Below, in pieces: positions 1-10,302 of a stretch of 64,000 nucleotides of DNA (positions are counted from its first letter, which is position 1; every line of letters starts with the position of its first letter). The stretch is from Muribaculaceae bacterium (GTDB lineage: Bacteria > Bacteroidota > Bacteroidia > Bacteroidales > Muribaculaceae). The stretch is taken from the NCBI GenBank assembly GCA_029068655.1, contig JAIECF010000230.1, positions 6,382 to 70,381 of the forward strand, read 5' to 3'. The notes beneath the pieces are model-generated. The model was not told the origin of the DNA. It saw only the letters and a list, made by a program, of their open reading frames with translations, and did no database searches. Made by a program: the position numbers and the translations under genes.

Positions 1-1665
1 GACTGTAATAGTCTCTGAGAAGGTAGAATTGGTAGCCTTATCTATGTGATGGAGTGTAGCTTTTATTATATATGGAGAATAAACAACTGCATTAGCATTG
101 TTGTCTTTCCTGTAATATTCAATATTCCTGATTGCAGTTTCAGCTGCGGCTTTATTTCCATAACCAATATAATCAACCTCAATTTCACGATTGCCATTAG
201 TACGATATGGAGTCCAAGCAGTAAGCGGATGGTTTATCCTGAGCACATTATTGCCCATCGCATCGCTCGCGAGTTCATAACTGAATATTTTCTCTCCGGT
301 TACTTCCTCAGTTCTTTTATTCTGATCCTCGCTAATAGTGATATCCATCACTTCACTATTATTGCCATACATATTAAACCGTTGGTATGTCATAGACACG
401 TCGCTGACTGTCACATCATGCGATGAGTAAAACGGAATGTCAATGGTCGCTGTATTTTCTGCTACGTAAGAATTCTGATTGAGGACAAGATACCTGTAAT
501 TCTTGATATCTACAGCTGTATTTACCTCTCCCCAATCCACGGTCAAATAGCTCGGTTCCACTTCGAGCGGCTCGTCATTCGTAAAACTTCCGAGCATACT
601 TACTTTCAAGTTGACCGTATATGCCGTATTGCGCAGCAACTCCGTTGCCGCTGTGATAGGCACCTTATAATAACAGGTGCGGTAAGACTGCTCGTCACCT
701 TTCTTCCATGGCACAATAAGAGTGAGTGATGTGCGGTGTGTCTCACTCGCAGTCACTTCCCATCTGTTGGGAAGCGTGTAGAATGGCATCTTGGCAACCC
801 ATGGATAGGCATCCTCCCCTGTTGCGCCGGAATTTTCAAATGTATACCCCTTCCCGGCTCCTATTGAGAAATATGAGTCATCGGCAGGGCGATCGGTCAA
901 TATGCTCGGATCGACAGTGGAGATAGAGACACCGTTATCGAGAAGAATCTGCATGCTTTCTCTTTGCGAGGTCCATACTACTTCTGTCGCAGTTTCATCA
1001 TCACCCTCCTCGGTTATCGTCAGCGTTTCCGGCACCTGGACATTGAGCGTGATTCGCGCCGCAGCCCTTACCAGCATTACATTACCTTCCGCTGTGCCCC
1101 CAAGATCGTCGGGAGTGAATTTGACCACAACGTTGCCCGAGCGTTCTTCTTCAGTGTCTCCGAACATCAGGAAACTTTCCTGAGCCTTATCTCCGCTTTG
1201 GGAATGCAACTGACTGTTATATTCCAATTGGCGGAGATTATTGATGGTCATGCTCGCCGGAAGCTCTGTACCTTCCGGAAGATTCGCTATCGCCACCAAC
1301 CGGCATGTTCCTTCTTCCTGATCAGATCCGAATAAATCCACTGTCTGCTGCTTACGTAGGCTCATGTTGATCTCCGAAACAGTATTATCCTCCAATCCGC
1401 TGAACGATTTATATACTACAGGTTCACTCTCCTCCGGATCCGCATCTTTCGTATATAGGAATATATGCAAGGAGGTTATGAGGTTTTCGTTGTTACTGTC
1501 ATCCGCAGCGCGGGTCGACGTGCGCGCACTCCGGAATGTCAGTTTTAGATTCCCTTTTTCTCCATGAGATGGTATTTCCGGAGTAGATACGTTCTCCACG
1601 TCACAACCACCCAAGAGAACGGTCATGGCAATGATAAGAACGTATGAGAATAATTTTTTCAACAT
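1..1665 (-). CDS. Type V pilus (Mfa/Fim family) lipoprotein subunit, 3' end runs off the window
   Basis: Not in the ORF track because there is no stop in the window. ATG at 1665 gives MLKKLFSYVLIIAMTVLLGGCDVEN...RTSTRAADDSNNENLITSLHIFLY: lipobox Cys, 'TRA' processing motif and E-x-x-I pilin strand. The same frame is open at positions 60-1. Confidence 0.8.
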   Translation of the reverse strand, partial: MLKKLFSYVLIIAMTVLLGGCDVENVSTPEIPSHGEKGNLKLTFRSARTSTRAADDSNNENLITSLHIFLYTKDADPEESEPVVYKSFSGLEDNTVSEINMSLRKQQTVDLFGSDQEEGTCRLVAIANLPEGTELPASMTINNLRQLEYNSQLHSQSGDKAQESFLMFGDTEEERSGNVVVKFTPDDLGGTAEGNVMLVRAAARITLNVQVPETLTITEEGDDETATEVVWTSQRESMQILLDNGVSISTVDPSILTDRPADDSYFSIGAGKGYTFENSGATGEDAYPWVAKMPFYTLPNRWEVTASETHRTSLTLIVPWKKGDEQSYRTCYYKVPITAATELLRNTAYTVNLKVSMLGSFTNDEPLEVEPSYLTVDWGEVNTAVDIKNYRYLVLNQNSYVAENTATIDIPFYSSHDVTVSDVSMTYQRFNMYGNNSEVMDITISEDQNKRTEEVTGEKIFSYELASDAMGNNVLRINHPLTAWTPYRTNGNREIEVDYIGYGNKAAAETAIRNIEYYRKDNNANAVVYSPYIIKATLHHIDKATNSTFSETITV

Positions 1666-1677
1666 AATATGTCGGTC

Positions 1678-3456
1678 TTAATCAGAGATTTTATTTTGTA
1701 TCAATGTCCAACTTAACAGTATCTTACCGTCAGTGGCTATGGTGAAACCGTTGCCTCCCTGGGTGACGACTACAATCTGAAGCCTGACGCTGTTGTTTTC
1801 GCTTGGAGTCTCGGTCGTTGTGGCAATCCGAAGTGTTGCAAGCTTGCCATTTATGCGTCCCTCCACCGTATTAAGCACGTTGCCATCTTCATCAGTGAAT
1901 GGATTCCCATCCTCATCCACAAATCGGAAAGCACCGGGGTCTCCACTCTCGTAGATAAGAGATGCAGTCCACAAAGCCCCTAAAGGAGTGCTGAGTCCGA
2001 ATGTGCACTCTGCAGGTACTGACTCTCCGTCGTGCCATGGTAGCATGATGAGCGATGTCTCGTTTATTATACCCGCATAGCTTCCGGCTCTCCAGGTTAT
2101 TTTCCCGTCTGCGAAAGAGCTGACATCATCAGAATAATCAAAATTGAATGCAGGCGCATCATCCCAGTCTGCCACGGTAGCAGTAAGGTTAAGCTTGGCG
2201 CCGAAGATCACCTGATTCACACTCAGGGTATAGACATGGTTGCGCAGCATGGTGACACCCCATTTATCGGCATCGGTGATTCCTGTCAGAATCGAAGGAG
2301 AAATTATGACTTCAAATTCCTGAGGCTCGGAATCAGCGTCACGCTGTGCCCATATTGTCAGCACAGGAGGGCTCGATGTAATGCTCTGTGTAGGAGCGCA
2401 GCATACAAAAGTGTTTTCTTCACCGGCTCCTTTCCAAAGACCTATATTGCTTGCACTCTCGTCTTGCGCATTTATCACTCTGTCGGTATGCACTTGCTGT
2501 CCGTTGGTATAGCTTCCTGCATTCTCGGGGGTGACATATCCCGTTCTCGCCCGAAAGCTGAGGGTAGCTCCTGTCAGCTTGGGATAGCCGTCTTCACCGC
2601 GCTGCTGAATGTTGTCGACAATCCTGAGCTTCATCATTGCGCGAAGCAATGATATGTTGCCGAGCTCGATGCGGGAGTCAGGACGGCTGTAGAACATGTC
2701 TTTCTCACTGACTGTGAAAGTCCGAAGTCCATACATGGGGATTCGAAGGTTTGACTGCGATGTCGCTGCCGTATAGGTCAGGGCTTGGGCGATATCAATG
2801 AAATCCTTCAACCGGGCCGCGCTTTCGATATCATACGAAATGTCCGACTTAAGTGACATGACAGACTTAAGGTTCTTGAAAGCGTCGTAGTTGCCCGGAT
2901 TATTCCGTTGCCCGCTGATATTCGCAAGAATGGCAACCGTAAGCTTCAGCTTCCTCTCGCCGTTCGGACTGAGCTCACTGTTGTCGCCCTCCTTCCCGAA
3001 TATATTCTCCACCATTGAATTATCAAGCGTAAGGGCGATTGTATAGTCTCCGATCGACCCTGATATGAAGAAATCATCCGAACCGTCGGCGTTGTTTGTC
3101 ACGTCGGTATTGGAATAAAGCAGATACGGGTTGTCGTTCCCTCCGAAGATAAAGATGCCGCAGTCCGCGAGACTGATGTAGTCTTCAAGCAGCGGGTTGT
3201 CGCTGTCTTCCTCATCATGATTGTTTAAATCCGCACGCGTTGACCATGCAGGATTGTCGAGCATCTCGGCATCGGTCGACACACGGAAAATAATGGAGAC
3301 AGTTCCGTTGTCACTGACGCTCTCCTCCGGTTCCGGACACGCCCCGTCGCCATCGAATATGGCGGAGCATCCCATCGCCATCGAAATGATCAACAGGAAT
3401 ACCGCCGATACTATCCGATCAACCGGTCTGAGTGATATGAAACCAGACTTGATCAT
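1678..3456 (-). CDS. Type V pilus accessory/minor pilin lipoprotein
   Basis: Lipobox (AMGC), 'WSTRAD', 'IPMYG', 'LLRAMMKL' and 'MLRNHVY' pilin motifs; lies in the pilus operon. Confidence 0.75.
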   Translation of the reverse strand: MIKSGFISLRPVDRIVSAVFLLIISMAMGCSAIFDGDGACPEPEESVSDNGTVSIIFRVSTDAEMLDNPAWSTRADLNNHDEEDSDNPLLEDYISLADCGIFIFGGNDNPYLLYSNTDVTNNADGSDDFFISGSIGDYTIALTLDNSMVENIFGKEGDNSELSPNGERKLKLTVAILANISGQRNNPGNYDAFKNLKSVMSLKSDISYDIESAARLKDFIDIAQALTYTAATSQSNLRIPMYGLRTFTVSEKDMFYSRPDSRIELGNISLLRAMMKLRIVDNIQQRGEDGYPKLTGATLSFRARTGYVTPENAGSYTNGQQVHTDRVINAQDESASNIGLWKGAGEENTFVCCAPTQSITSSPPVLTIWAQRDADSEPQEFEVIISPSILTGITDADKWGVTMLRNHVYTLSVNQVIFGAKLNLTATVADWDDAPAFNFDYSDDVSSFADGKITWRAGSYAGIINETSLIMLPWHDGESVPAECTFGLSTPLGALWTASLIYESGDPGAFRFVDEDGNPFTDEDGNVLNTVEGRINGKLATLRIATTTETPSENNSVRLQIVVVTQGGNGFTIATDGKILLSWTLIQNKISD

Positions 3457-4493
3457 ATTCCTTCTTCATTTTGGGGTGGCACCACCGCCCATGAATTTAT
3501 ATATATGCCCGCCGACACATTCCAGTTGCTTGAATCGTCGAGTATGAAAGTCATGGAGTAATCATCCTGCCGGTCAAGATATTCCTGATCGGTCATGTTT
3601 CCGTAGTGCCCTTTTATCAGCAGCAGATACTCTATCACCGGAATGTGGATGATATCCTTACCGTCTGTATGCCGGGTGACTGTCAGCCAGCATTCCTGAC
3701 CGTCGATAAGTCTCGACATCGAGAATTCCGAGAGCAGCGCCGACACTGTAGTGACAGCCCTTGTCGGGGTTTCCGTATCGCCGATTACTCCATAGCTCGT
3801 GATCCAAGGCTCATACGTGACTGTAGGCCCCGGTAGGACACTGTTGTTCCATGCGAGCAGCGAGTTGGCATCGGTTATTGACATAGAGAAATCGGCAGAG
3901 TTCAGTTCGGCACCATCCATATTCTGAAGGAGCACCTTTATTGAATTGGTATCCTTAGTCAGGGGAATGGTGACGTCCTCGATAGTAGACTGATTGAATA
4001 CGGGAGCAAAGGTATATTCAAGCACTTCTCCGTGATATAATCCGGAAAGCTCCGAATCGCTTATATTGAGATCCCCGCTCTCGATCGTATTGAGCGTCAC
4101 CTCAAGATCTGTACGGCTCTGTGGCTCGTATGTGGAAAGGTCAAACGATGTGTTGCCCTCCAGCCCGCACCAAGCCACGAAGTCATAACTGCCGGCCTCA
4201 AGAGGAGTTTCGATGACAAATCCGTTCTCCATAAGGAGTTCCTCACCGGATGCCGACGCCTGCCATACCCTTTGGCCGGTAGCGGTGTCAAACGCCCAGA
4301 CATTTACGCTTGTGACTTCCGACTGAAAAGCGTCCACAAACTTCATATTATAGTCATACACCAATTTTACTCTCAGCTGCACGGGGCAATCAGACTCATA
4401 GTCATTGATCAGGCCGCAGGATGAAAGCATCATCGAGGAGAGGAGAGCGACTCCTATTCCCTTAAGCATGTTGATATTTCCTGTCACTTCCAT
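3453..4493 (-). CDS. FimB/Mfa2-family pilus anchor subunit
   Basis: Lipobox LSSC, 'YDYNMKFVDAF', 'QEYLDRQDDY' and C-terminal 'IYINSWAVV', typical of FimB/Mfa2; directly downstream of the major pilin. Confidence 0.85.
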   Translation of the reverse strand: MEVTGNINMLKGIGVALLSSMMLSSCGLINDYESDCPVQLRVKLVYDYNMKFVDAFQSEVTSVNVWAFDTATGQRVWQASASGEELLMENGFVIETPLEAGSYDFVAWCGLEGNTSFDLSTYEPQSRTDLEVTLNTIESGDLNISDSELSGLYHGEVLEYTFAPVFNQSTIEDVTIPLTKDTNSIKVLLQNMDGAELNSADFSMSITDANSLLAWNNSVLPGPTVTYEPWITSYGVIGDTETPTRAVTTVSALLSEFSMSRLIDGQECWLTVTRHTDGKDIIHIPVIEYLLLIKGHYGNMTDQEYLDRQDDYSMTFILDDSSNWNVSAGIYINSWAVVPPQNEEGI

Positions 4494-4516
4494 AAATGGA
4501 TATTTTTATTGATGGT

Positions 4517-4546
4517 AGGTATGCCGCGGTTCAGGGCGGCATACCT
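4517..4546 (-). terminator. Intra-operon hairpin after the major pilin
   Basis: AGGTATGCCGC-8nt-GCGGCATACCT, a perfect 11-bp stem between the Mfa1-like and Mfa2-like genes. Confidence 0.55.
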
Positions 4547-4588
4547 TAATATATTTATTATGCCGGATATGTCATACCGGAAAAGGAA

Positions 4589-6724
4589 TTATTCCAGCAC
4601 TACATACTGAGTGGGAACCACTGCCCATTTCAGGATATTGACACGGTATGCCACGAATACATCCTTAGTGTCGGCCGCAGGGATGAGCGGAGTGTCCTCA
4701 CCGCCGACACCGGTTGCCAGTCCGATGATTTTAGACACGTTAACGCTATATGCATGATTACGGACCATACCAAGGTCGCCTACGCGCACCTGCGAGAAGT
4801 CGATGGAATTCTTGCCGTTCTGGAGGTTGCCCTTACGATACCATCCGGTGTGCTTGACAGGGATGTTGAAGAATCCCCTGCCTTCTGAATAGTAGTTGCA
4901 GGTGCCGACGTTCATCCAAAGGATCTTGTTTGCGTCGTCAAGTCTGATCTGGGTGTTGTTGCCGGTTACATCATCAACTGCAGGGGTACCATCATTGGCG
5001 ATGACCTGCTGGGGTACACCATTGTTGTTAATATAAAGATTCCCCGGTATTGCTACGATATCACTGATTTGGAGAGTTCTGGAGCGGTCAGCCATCTTAA
5101 CTCCTGCATCCAGATTATCAGAATTCACTCCAAGCACTCCGTCGGAAGGACGGGCAACCTCGGTGATAGCAGCCAGTACAGCAAGGTCGTCGGCATTTGA
5201 AACATCATACTTTGTAAAGCTTCCATCCGCGAGTTTCTTGTAGAAGACGGATGCCTGCCAGAGGAAGCGTTTCTTCATCGACATGGTCTTCTCCACTCCG
5301 ATTGCGCTGGAAATACCGTCTTCGTCATCTGTATCGAAATATACGCTCGGGCGTGACTGCAACTCTCCATTGACATTGACCCTAACAGGAACATATGTAT
5401 AGAAGGATAGAGGCTTTTCATCCGTACCTTCCAATTCTGTTCCATCCACTTTAAGGGTATAGTTGCCGACGATAATGACTGACGGCACTGCAGCTGCAGG
5501 GTTCTTGGAGGTAAGGGCCGGTATACCGGAAGTGGTTTCCGGGAAATAATATGTAGTATTGAATCCCCTGCCATTTTCCAACACGTCTTTATAGGAATAG
5601 AATGTCTGATTGATTTCGTCTTTCAGCTTGCTGCTCAGATAGTCTGACACCACTTCAGGATATTGAGACTGGAAATAGACAGGAGAGCAACCCCAGTAGG
5701 ATCTGTGCAGATCAGCGTTGTTCCAGTTCCAGCGGGCACCATCTGCAAGAAGATTTGCAGCTCCGAATTCAGGATTGGTATTGTAAGAGGCGAGGGAATT
5801 AATACGCCAGTTTAAGAATTCAAACGTCAGATCATTCGGAAGGATCTGGCCGGTTGTGGAGGCTTCACGGAACGACTTCACAGGGTAGGTGCTGTTGGCA
5901 ACGCCGTTAAGTTCCCATCCCTGATAGTTGAACGTAAGTGTCACCGGAATTGGAGTTTCAGAGCTGTTGGGCACCCCATCAGGCATTGTGCCGGTCTCGT
6001 ATGCCGATACTGCATCATCCGCAACGTTCATCTGAAGCTTGGTAGCGTAACGCTCCACATAGATATTGACGGTAGTATTGGCAGCCAGTGCATTCTGAGC
6101 CTCTTCAAGGCTGTCATATACCTTGCCGTCGAGGGGTGTGGCAGTGACTACTTTTCCGTCTTTATAATAGACAGAGTTGCTCATTGGGAAATAGGTCGTT
6201 GTTCCCTCTGTGCGGGATACTTCCTCCAGCTCTATCGTCTGGATCGTGCTCAACGGGTTCTTGAGATGAGCGCGGTTGACCGGGTTGATGTAGCAGACTA
6301 CCTGAGTAGGATTTTCCTGTCCAGCAGGTATAGACACCATAAGGGTCTCAGAACCAACCTTCTCAACGGAGTTGGTAGCACCGGTATCCGCATCCGCTAC
6401 CTGATCTTTCCATGTGGGAGATGCTGACACTACATCACCGACAGGATTGCCATTGTCATCATAAAATACGAAGTAGACCGACCTGATCGCTGATTCTCCT
6501 GTGCCATTGCTGAAATCGGAGGTGCCGTCTACCGGAGTTCCATCGTTGGCTGCGGCACGGGTCTCTCCTACATCTCCATGGATGGAGATATTGACATACA
6601 GGGATCTCTCGATGTCAGTCCGATTATTTTCGGCTGCCGGAGTCTGAAGATCGTCGTGGGAGCACGCTGCCAAGCCAAGGGCAACGAGACCAAGAACTCC
6701 TGATGTAAGATGTAATTTTCTCAT
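4589..6724 (-). CDS. Mfa1-family major fimbrial subunit
   Basis: Lipobox LAAC, 'ETRAA', 'FPMSNSVY', 'IYVERYATK', 'GMVRNHAY' and C-terminal 'VNILKWAVVPTQ' donor-strand pattern. Confidence 0.85.
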   Translation of the reverse strand: MRKLHLTSGVLGLVALGLAACSHDDLQTPAAENNRTDIERSLYVNISIHGDVGETRAAANDGTPVDGTSDFSNGTGESAIRSVYFVFYDDNGNPVGDVVSASPTWKDQVADADTGATNSVEKVGSETLMVSIPAGQENPTQVVCYINPVNRAHLKNPLSTIQTIELEEVSRTEGTTTYFPMSNSVYYKDGKVVTATPLDGKVYDSLEEAQNALAANTTVNIYVERYATKLQMNVADDAVSAYETGTMPDGVPNSSETPIPVTLTFNYQGWELNGVANSTYPVKSFREASTTGQILPNDLTFEFLNWRINSLASYNTNPEFGAANLLADGARWNWNNADLHRSYWGCSPVYFQSQYPEVVSDYLSSKLKDEINQTFYSYKDVLENGRGFNTTYYFPETTSGIPALTSKNPAAAVPSVIIVGNYTLKVDGTELEGTDEKPLSFYTYVPVRVNVNGELQSRPSVYFDTDDEDGISSAIGVEKTMSMKKRFLWQASVFYKKLADGSFTKYDVSNADDLAVLAAITEVARPSDGVLGVNSDNLDAGVKMADRSRTLQISDIVAIPGNLYINNNGVPQQVIANDGTPAVDDVTGNNTQIRLDDANKILWMNVGTCNYYSEGRGFFNIPVKHTGWYRKGNLQNGKNSIDFSQVRVGDLGMVRNHAYSVNVSKIIGLATGVGGEDTPLIPAADTKDVFVAYRVNILKWAVVPTQYVVLE

Positions 6725-6803
6725 AAGGAATTTGGGTTGAGTTAATGTATTTATTTTGTTTTAGTTAGCAAGTGTACGTTTTTGGCTTTCTTATAAATTT
6801 CGG

Positions 6804-8249
6804 CTATTCTATAAATTGGAAGTCGCGGAGCTGACGGAGCAATTCCGTAGCCGCCTCTATGCCGGCTGCGGAGGCTTTCTCAAGAAGCGGCTTGGCAGCC
6901 TGGTAATCTTCCTCCACTACGAGGATCGCTGCATTTGTATAGATAGCCTCCGGACGGTCGCCTGCTTTCGCCAGATACCTTCGCGCTGCTGAGAGATCGC
7001 CGTTGCTGACCGCCGTGGAGGCTGCGTTCAGGTTGGCAACTTCATCGTCAGGGAACATCCTCACGGCTATCTCCATCACGTCGCGGAATTCGGGAGAATC
7101 CTTGTCGAGACTCTGCGCATAGAGGTAGATCTCATCGAGGCTTAGCTTCTGAGGAGATGTACGGAGCAGAACAGCGATCTTCTCGATGTCAGTGAAGTTG
7201 CGTATCGTATAGTTCACCTTGTAGACGGTGTGGCGGAGGGCCGGATACACCTTCGAGAGCAGTATCTGGTAGTCGGCGGGGAAATCCTTCTTCAGACGCT
7301 GGTCTTTCACATCGGGAGCGAGAGTGCTGTCAGCGATGAGTTGTAAGAGTCCGGATTTGTTGGAGAGATCATCCATTTCCTTCACCCGTTTTTCAAGACC
7401 GGCCCAGTCCTCGGCTACCCAGGTGTATTTCAGCACGTCGCGCGGAATCGAGAAGTATTTGGTGACATACTCTATCAGCGATTCAGTACGTCCTTTTGCA
7501 AGACGCTCGTTGACCGCATAAGAACCTTCAGGAGACGCATAGCCTGTGAAAGTGACGGAGTTGATCATGATGTCTTCGTCGCTCTGCATCTCGTCGATGG
7601 TGTGGCGTATCGCAGCGAGTTCCTGCGGGTTGCGTCGGTAGTCGGGATAGATCTCTGTCTTGTTGACAGGGAAGTCGATATAAGACTCCTTGCTTACGTC
7701 GCGCGTCTTGACGATCTCACGCTCCGGAGAGACATAGACCATCATGGGCACCACCGTCATGTCGCGGTAGTCCATGCGGGCTATAGGTTCTTCATCGGCA
7801 AACGTCAGCAAGGGCATGATGCCGCATCCGGCACATCCGATCACACGTCCTTCCATGCCGAGGCTTGAATACTCCATCCAGTCGCTATAAGGCACGGTAA
7901 TGCTGTAATCGTAGGTTTCCTTCGATCCCGATCGCAGCAGAACGGTGTTCTCACCCAGACGATTGAAGCCTCGCTCATGCTGTATATATCGGGTGCGTCC
8001 GGCCACGAGGACTGAGTCAAGGCGCAGTTGCTGGCCGTTCCCCTCTATGTAAGGCACGAGCCATACCTCGCGGTTACTCATCTTCGGGAAGGCTCCGGGA
8101 TTTACCGTCATCCTGACGATAAGCTGTGATTCGGATTTCTCTACCGACACGCCTGAGACGGCGCCGTCGGGAAGCTCAGTGAGCTCGGCTGCTGAAACCG
8201 GCATTGAAAAGGCGACAGCGGCCGCGATGCTTAGAATTTTCTTATCCAT
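6804..8249 (-). CDS. DUF3868/OmpA-like domain protein with TPR-like C-terminus (pilus-associated)
   Basis: Likely start MDKKILSI at 8249 (signal peptide); 'IDFPVNKTEI', 'GYASPEGSYAVNERLAKGR', 'YPALR' and 'VANLNAA'. Confidence 0.8.
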   Translation of the reverse strand: MDKKILSIAAAVAFSMPVSAAELTELPDGAVSGVSVEKSESQLIVRMTVNPGAFPKMSNREVWLVPYIEGNGQQLRLDSVLVAGRTRYIQHERGFNRLGENTVLLRSGSKETYDYSITVPYSDWMEYSSLGMEGRVIGCAGCGIMPLLTFADEEPIARMDYRDMTVVPMMVYVSPEREIVKTRDVSKESYIDFPVNKTEIYPDYRRNPQELAAIRHTIDEMQSDEDIMINSVTFTGYASPEGSYAVNERLAKGRTESLIEYVTKYFSIPRDVLKYTWVAEDWAGLEKRVKEMDDLSNKSGLLQLIADSTLAPDVKDQRLKKDFPADYQILLSKVYPALRHTVYKVNYTIRNFTDIEKIAVLLRTSPQKLSLDEIYLYAQSLDKDSPEFRDVMEIAVRMFPDDEVANLNAASTAVSNGDLSAARRYLAKAGDRPEAIYTNAAILVVEEDYQAAKPLLEKASAAGIEAATELLRQLRDFQFIE

Positions 8250-8272
8250 GGGTGTGTAGCTCTTTTCAGTGA

Positions 8273-8959
8273 TCAGAATATATAGACGAAATTGATGGCA
8301 GCTTTGGTGGGAAGAACCATGTTTTTCACACCGCTGCCTACTTTCTTTCCGCATCCCTCGCATTCGAACTCATCGTAGGCGGCGCGGATCCATCCTATGC
8401 CTAATTCGGCCTCAAGGTTCCAATGGCGACCGAGAAGCCAAGAGTAGCCGTAGCCTACGCCGGCTCCTACCGCCCAGCCCTGGTAGCGGCGGTCGCGGAG
8501 ATTACCGAAGTCATAGACTATGTTGCGGGCAAATGGAAGATGTCCGAAGTTGAACTGTCCTCCTATGGCGTGCAGTGCTACGAAATGGCCGGCCATGGCG
8601 TCGCAAAACCAATAGCGCGCTTCCGGCTGCGCCATCCAGTGTTTCCAGCGGCGTCCGTCGTTAAACGACCAGGCGTTTAGGTTGCCGGAAACGTCAATAC
8701 TCCAGCGGGGCGCGACACGGAGCTCCGCCCCGAGGTTTACGGTTGCGGTGGCGTCGTAGAGGAGGTTGGTCTTGATGCCGAAGCCGCTCGCTGAGGCGGG
8801 CGTATGCAGAAACACTCCCGACAATATCGCCGCGAGAAACATGAGTTTCTTACATAAACTTTTGAATGTTAGTGATTTCGATAAACGAGGTGGAGTATTT
8901 CCAATATACCCCTTGCCGGCTTCCGGCTTCCGGTTGCTATGACGCCTGAGAGTTGCCAT
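8273..8959 (-). CDS. DUF3575 outer-membrane beta-barrel protein (pilus-associated)
   Basis: 'IKTNLLYDAT', 'QPEARYWFC' and C-terminal 'PTKAAINFVYIF'. The true start may be downstream of 8959. Confidence 0.85.
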   Translation of the reverse strand: MATLRRHSNRKPEAGKGYIGNTPPRLSKSLTFKSLCKKLMFLAAILSGVFLHTPASASGFGIKTNLLYDATATVNLGAELRVAPRWSIDVSGNLNAWSFNDGRRWKHWMAQPEARYWFCDAMAGHFVALHAIGGQFNFGHLPFARNIVYDFGNLRDRRYQGWAVGAGVGYGYSWLLGRHWNLEAELGIGWIRAAYDEFECEGCGKKVGSGVKNMVLPTKAAINFVYIF

Positions 8960-9067
8960 ATCTTTATGAATAATATAATAATGATTCTCCCTATCGTGGA
9001 GATATAAACAGTTAGAAATATAAGTCAGGGTCAGATGGTACTGAACAGTTAGTGATGGTTAACGCCA

Positions 9068-9099
9068 CAAATTTAATATCAAATTTTTATTTATGCAAA
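9068..9099 (-). promoter_or_regulatory. Bacteroidetes sigma-A promoter for the leftward pilus operon
   Basis: Minus strand TTTG (9099-9096), 20 nt, TAAATTTG (9075-9068); matches TTTG-N19-21-TAnnTTTG. Confidence 0.65.
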
Positions 9100-9216
9100 T
9101 ATTTATTAACAAATTTTTGCTATGGCTAAATTTTTAACATTTCGGGCAGTGTTGCGGGTCTCGTAAGTTACTGGACTTCCGCAAGCTCAGGGATATCACG
9201 CAAGAACTTTAAGGGC

Positions 9217-10175
9217 TTAGGCGCAGACCTAATTCTTAGCGCAGGAACTGGCAGATTTTCTCAGATTTTTTTTCATTGACTGCGAGCGGCGGTTAGAAAC
9301 CGCCTACCCCATAAGCTGCGGAGTCTATATATGGGTAGGAGGCTTCCCAGCCTCCTGAGGGCCGTCTTTCTCATTCATAGAATGCGGAGCGAAGCGAGCG
9401 AGCCTCGGCGATCTTTGCCACCGAATGCCGGCACTGAAAGACTCTGCCCCTTTGCGGCTTTACGTGAGAAACATAAGGACTTAGGCGCAGACCTAATTCT
9501 TAGCGTAGGAACTAGCAGACTTTCACAGAATTATTTTTTATGTCGAAGTTATCCCTGATTGGAGTTGACTTAAAATTATTTTTCTGCGCCCCATCTGCTC
9601 ATTCTGAGCATCCTGCAAGGATAGTTCCAGCGCATAATACCTTCGTTCCAGCCGGCCGGGACTTTGAAAGATTAGGCGCGGACCTAATTCTTAGCACAGG
9701 AATGGGCAGATCTTCACAGAATTATTTTCTTTGTCGAAGTTATCCCTGATTGAAGTTGACTTAAAATTATTTTTCTGCGCCACGTCTGCTCGTTCTGAGC
9801 ACTCTGAAAGAGAGTTCTGCGCATAATACCTTCGTTCCTGCCGGCCGAGACTTTGAAAGCTTAGGCGCGGACCTAATTCTTAGCGCGGGAACCGGCAGAT
9901 CTTCACAGAATTTTTTAATCTGACTGCGAGAGACATGATTAATCTTTTATCTTTATCACGCAAGGGAACGCTAAGGGGGTGGGAACGCGGGGCGTCTTCC
10001 TCATTCACGCAATGCGGAGCGGAGCGCAGCGAGCCTCGGCGCTCTTTGCTACCGAGTGCTATCCTACAAAAGACTCTGCCCCTTTGCGGCTTTGCGTGAG
10101 AAACATAAAGGCTTAGGCGCAGACCTAATTCTTAGCGCGGGAACGGACAGACTTCCACAGAATTTTTTTCTTTGT
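9217..10175 (+). repeat. Modular repeat array 1 (core-X-core-Y-core-Y-core-Z-core)
   Basis: Core TTAGGCGC(A/G)GACCTAATTCTTAGCGC(A/G)GGAAC..GCAGA(TC/CT)TTCACAGAATT at 9217, 9481, 9672, 9861 and 10113, separated by recurring hairpin modules. Confidence 0.9.
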
Positions 10176-10242
10176 TGTTTTTTTCTTGTCCACACAGATA
10201 AAGCATAAGAATATGTGAAGATTCAAGAACGAAATGTAAAAA

Positions 10243-10274
10243 TTTGGAGGAATGAGCAATTTTGTTTAACTTTG
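10243..10274 (+). promoter_or_regulatory. Sigma-A promoter of the BRO-N gene
   Basis: TTTG (10243-10246), 20 nt, TAACTTTG (10267-10274). Confidence 0.6.
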
Positions 10275-10302
10275 TACCAATAATTCATCCGATTGTTGCT
10301 TA

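Noticed and set aside
46-1567. Plus-strand ORFs at the window start and minus-strand ORFs at 63647-63993
   Set aside because: They are antisense to the edge-truncated pilin (1-1665, -) and ECF sigma factor (63576-64000, +) genes.
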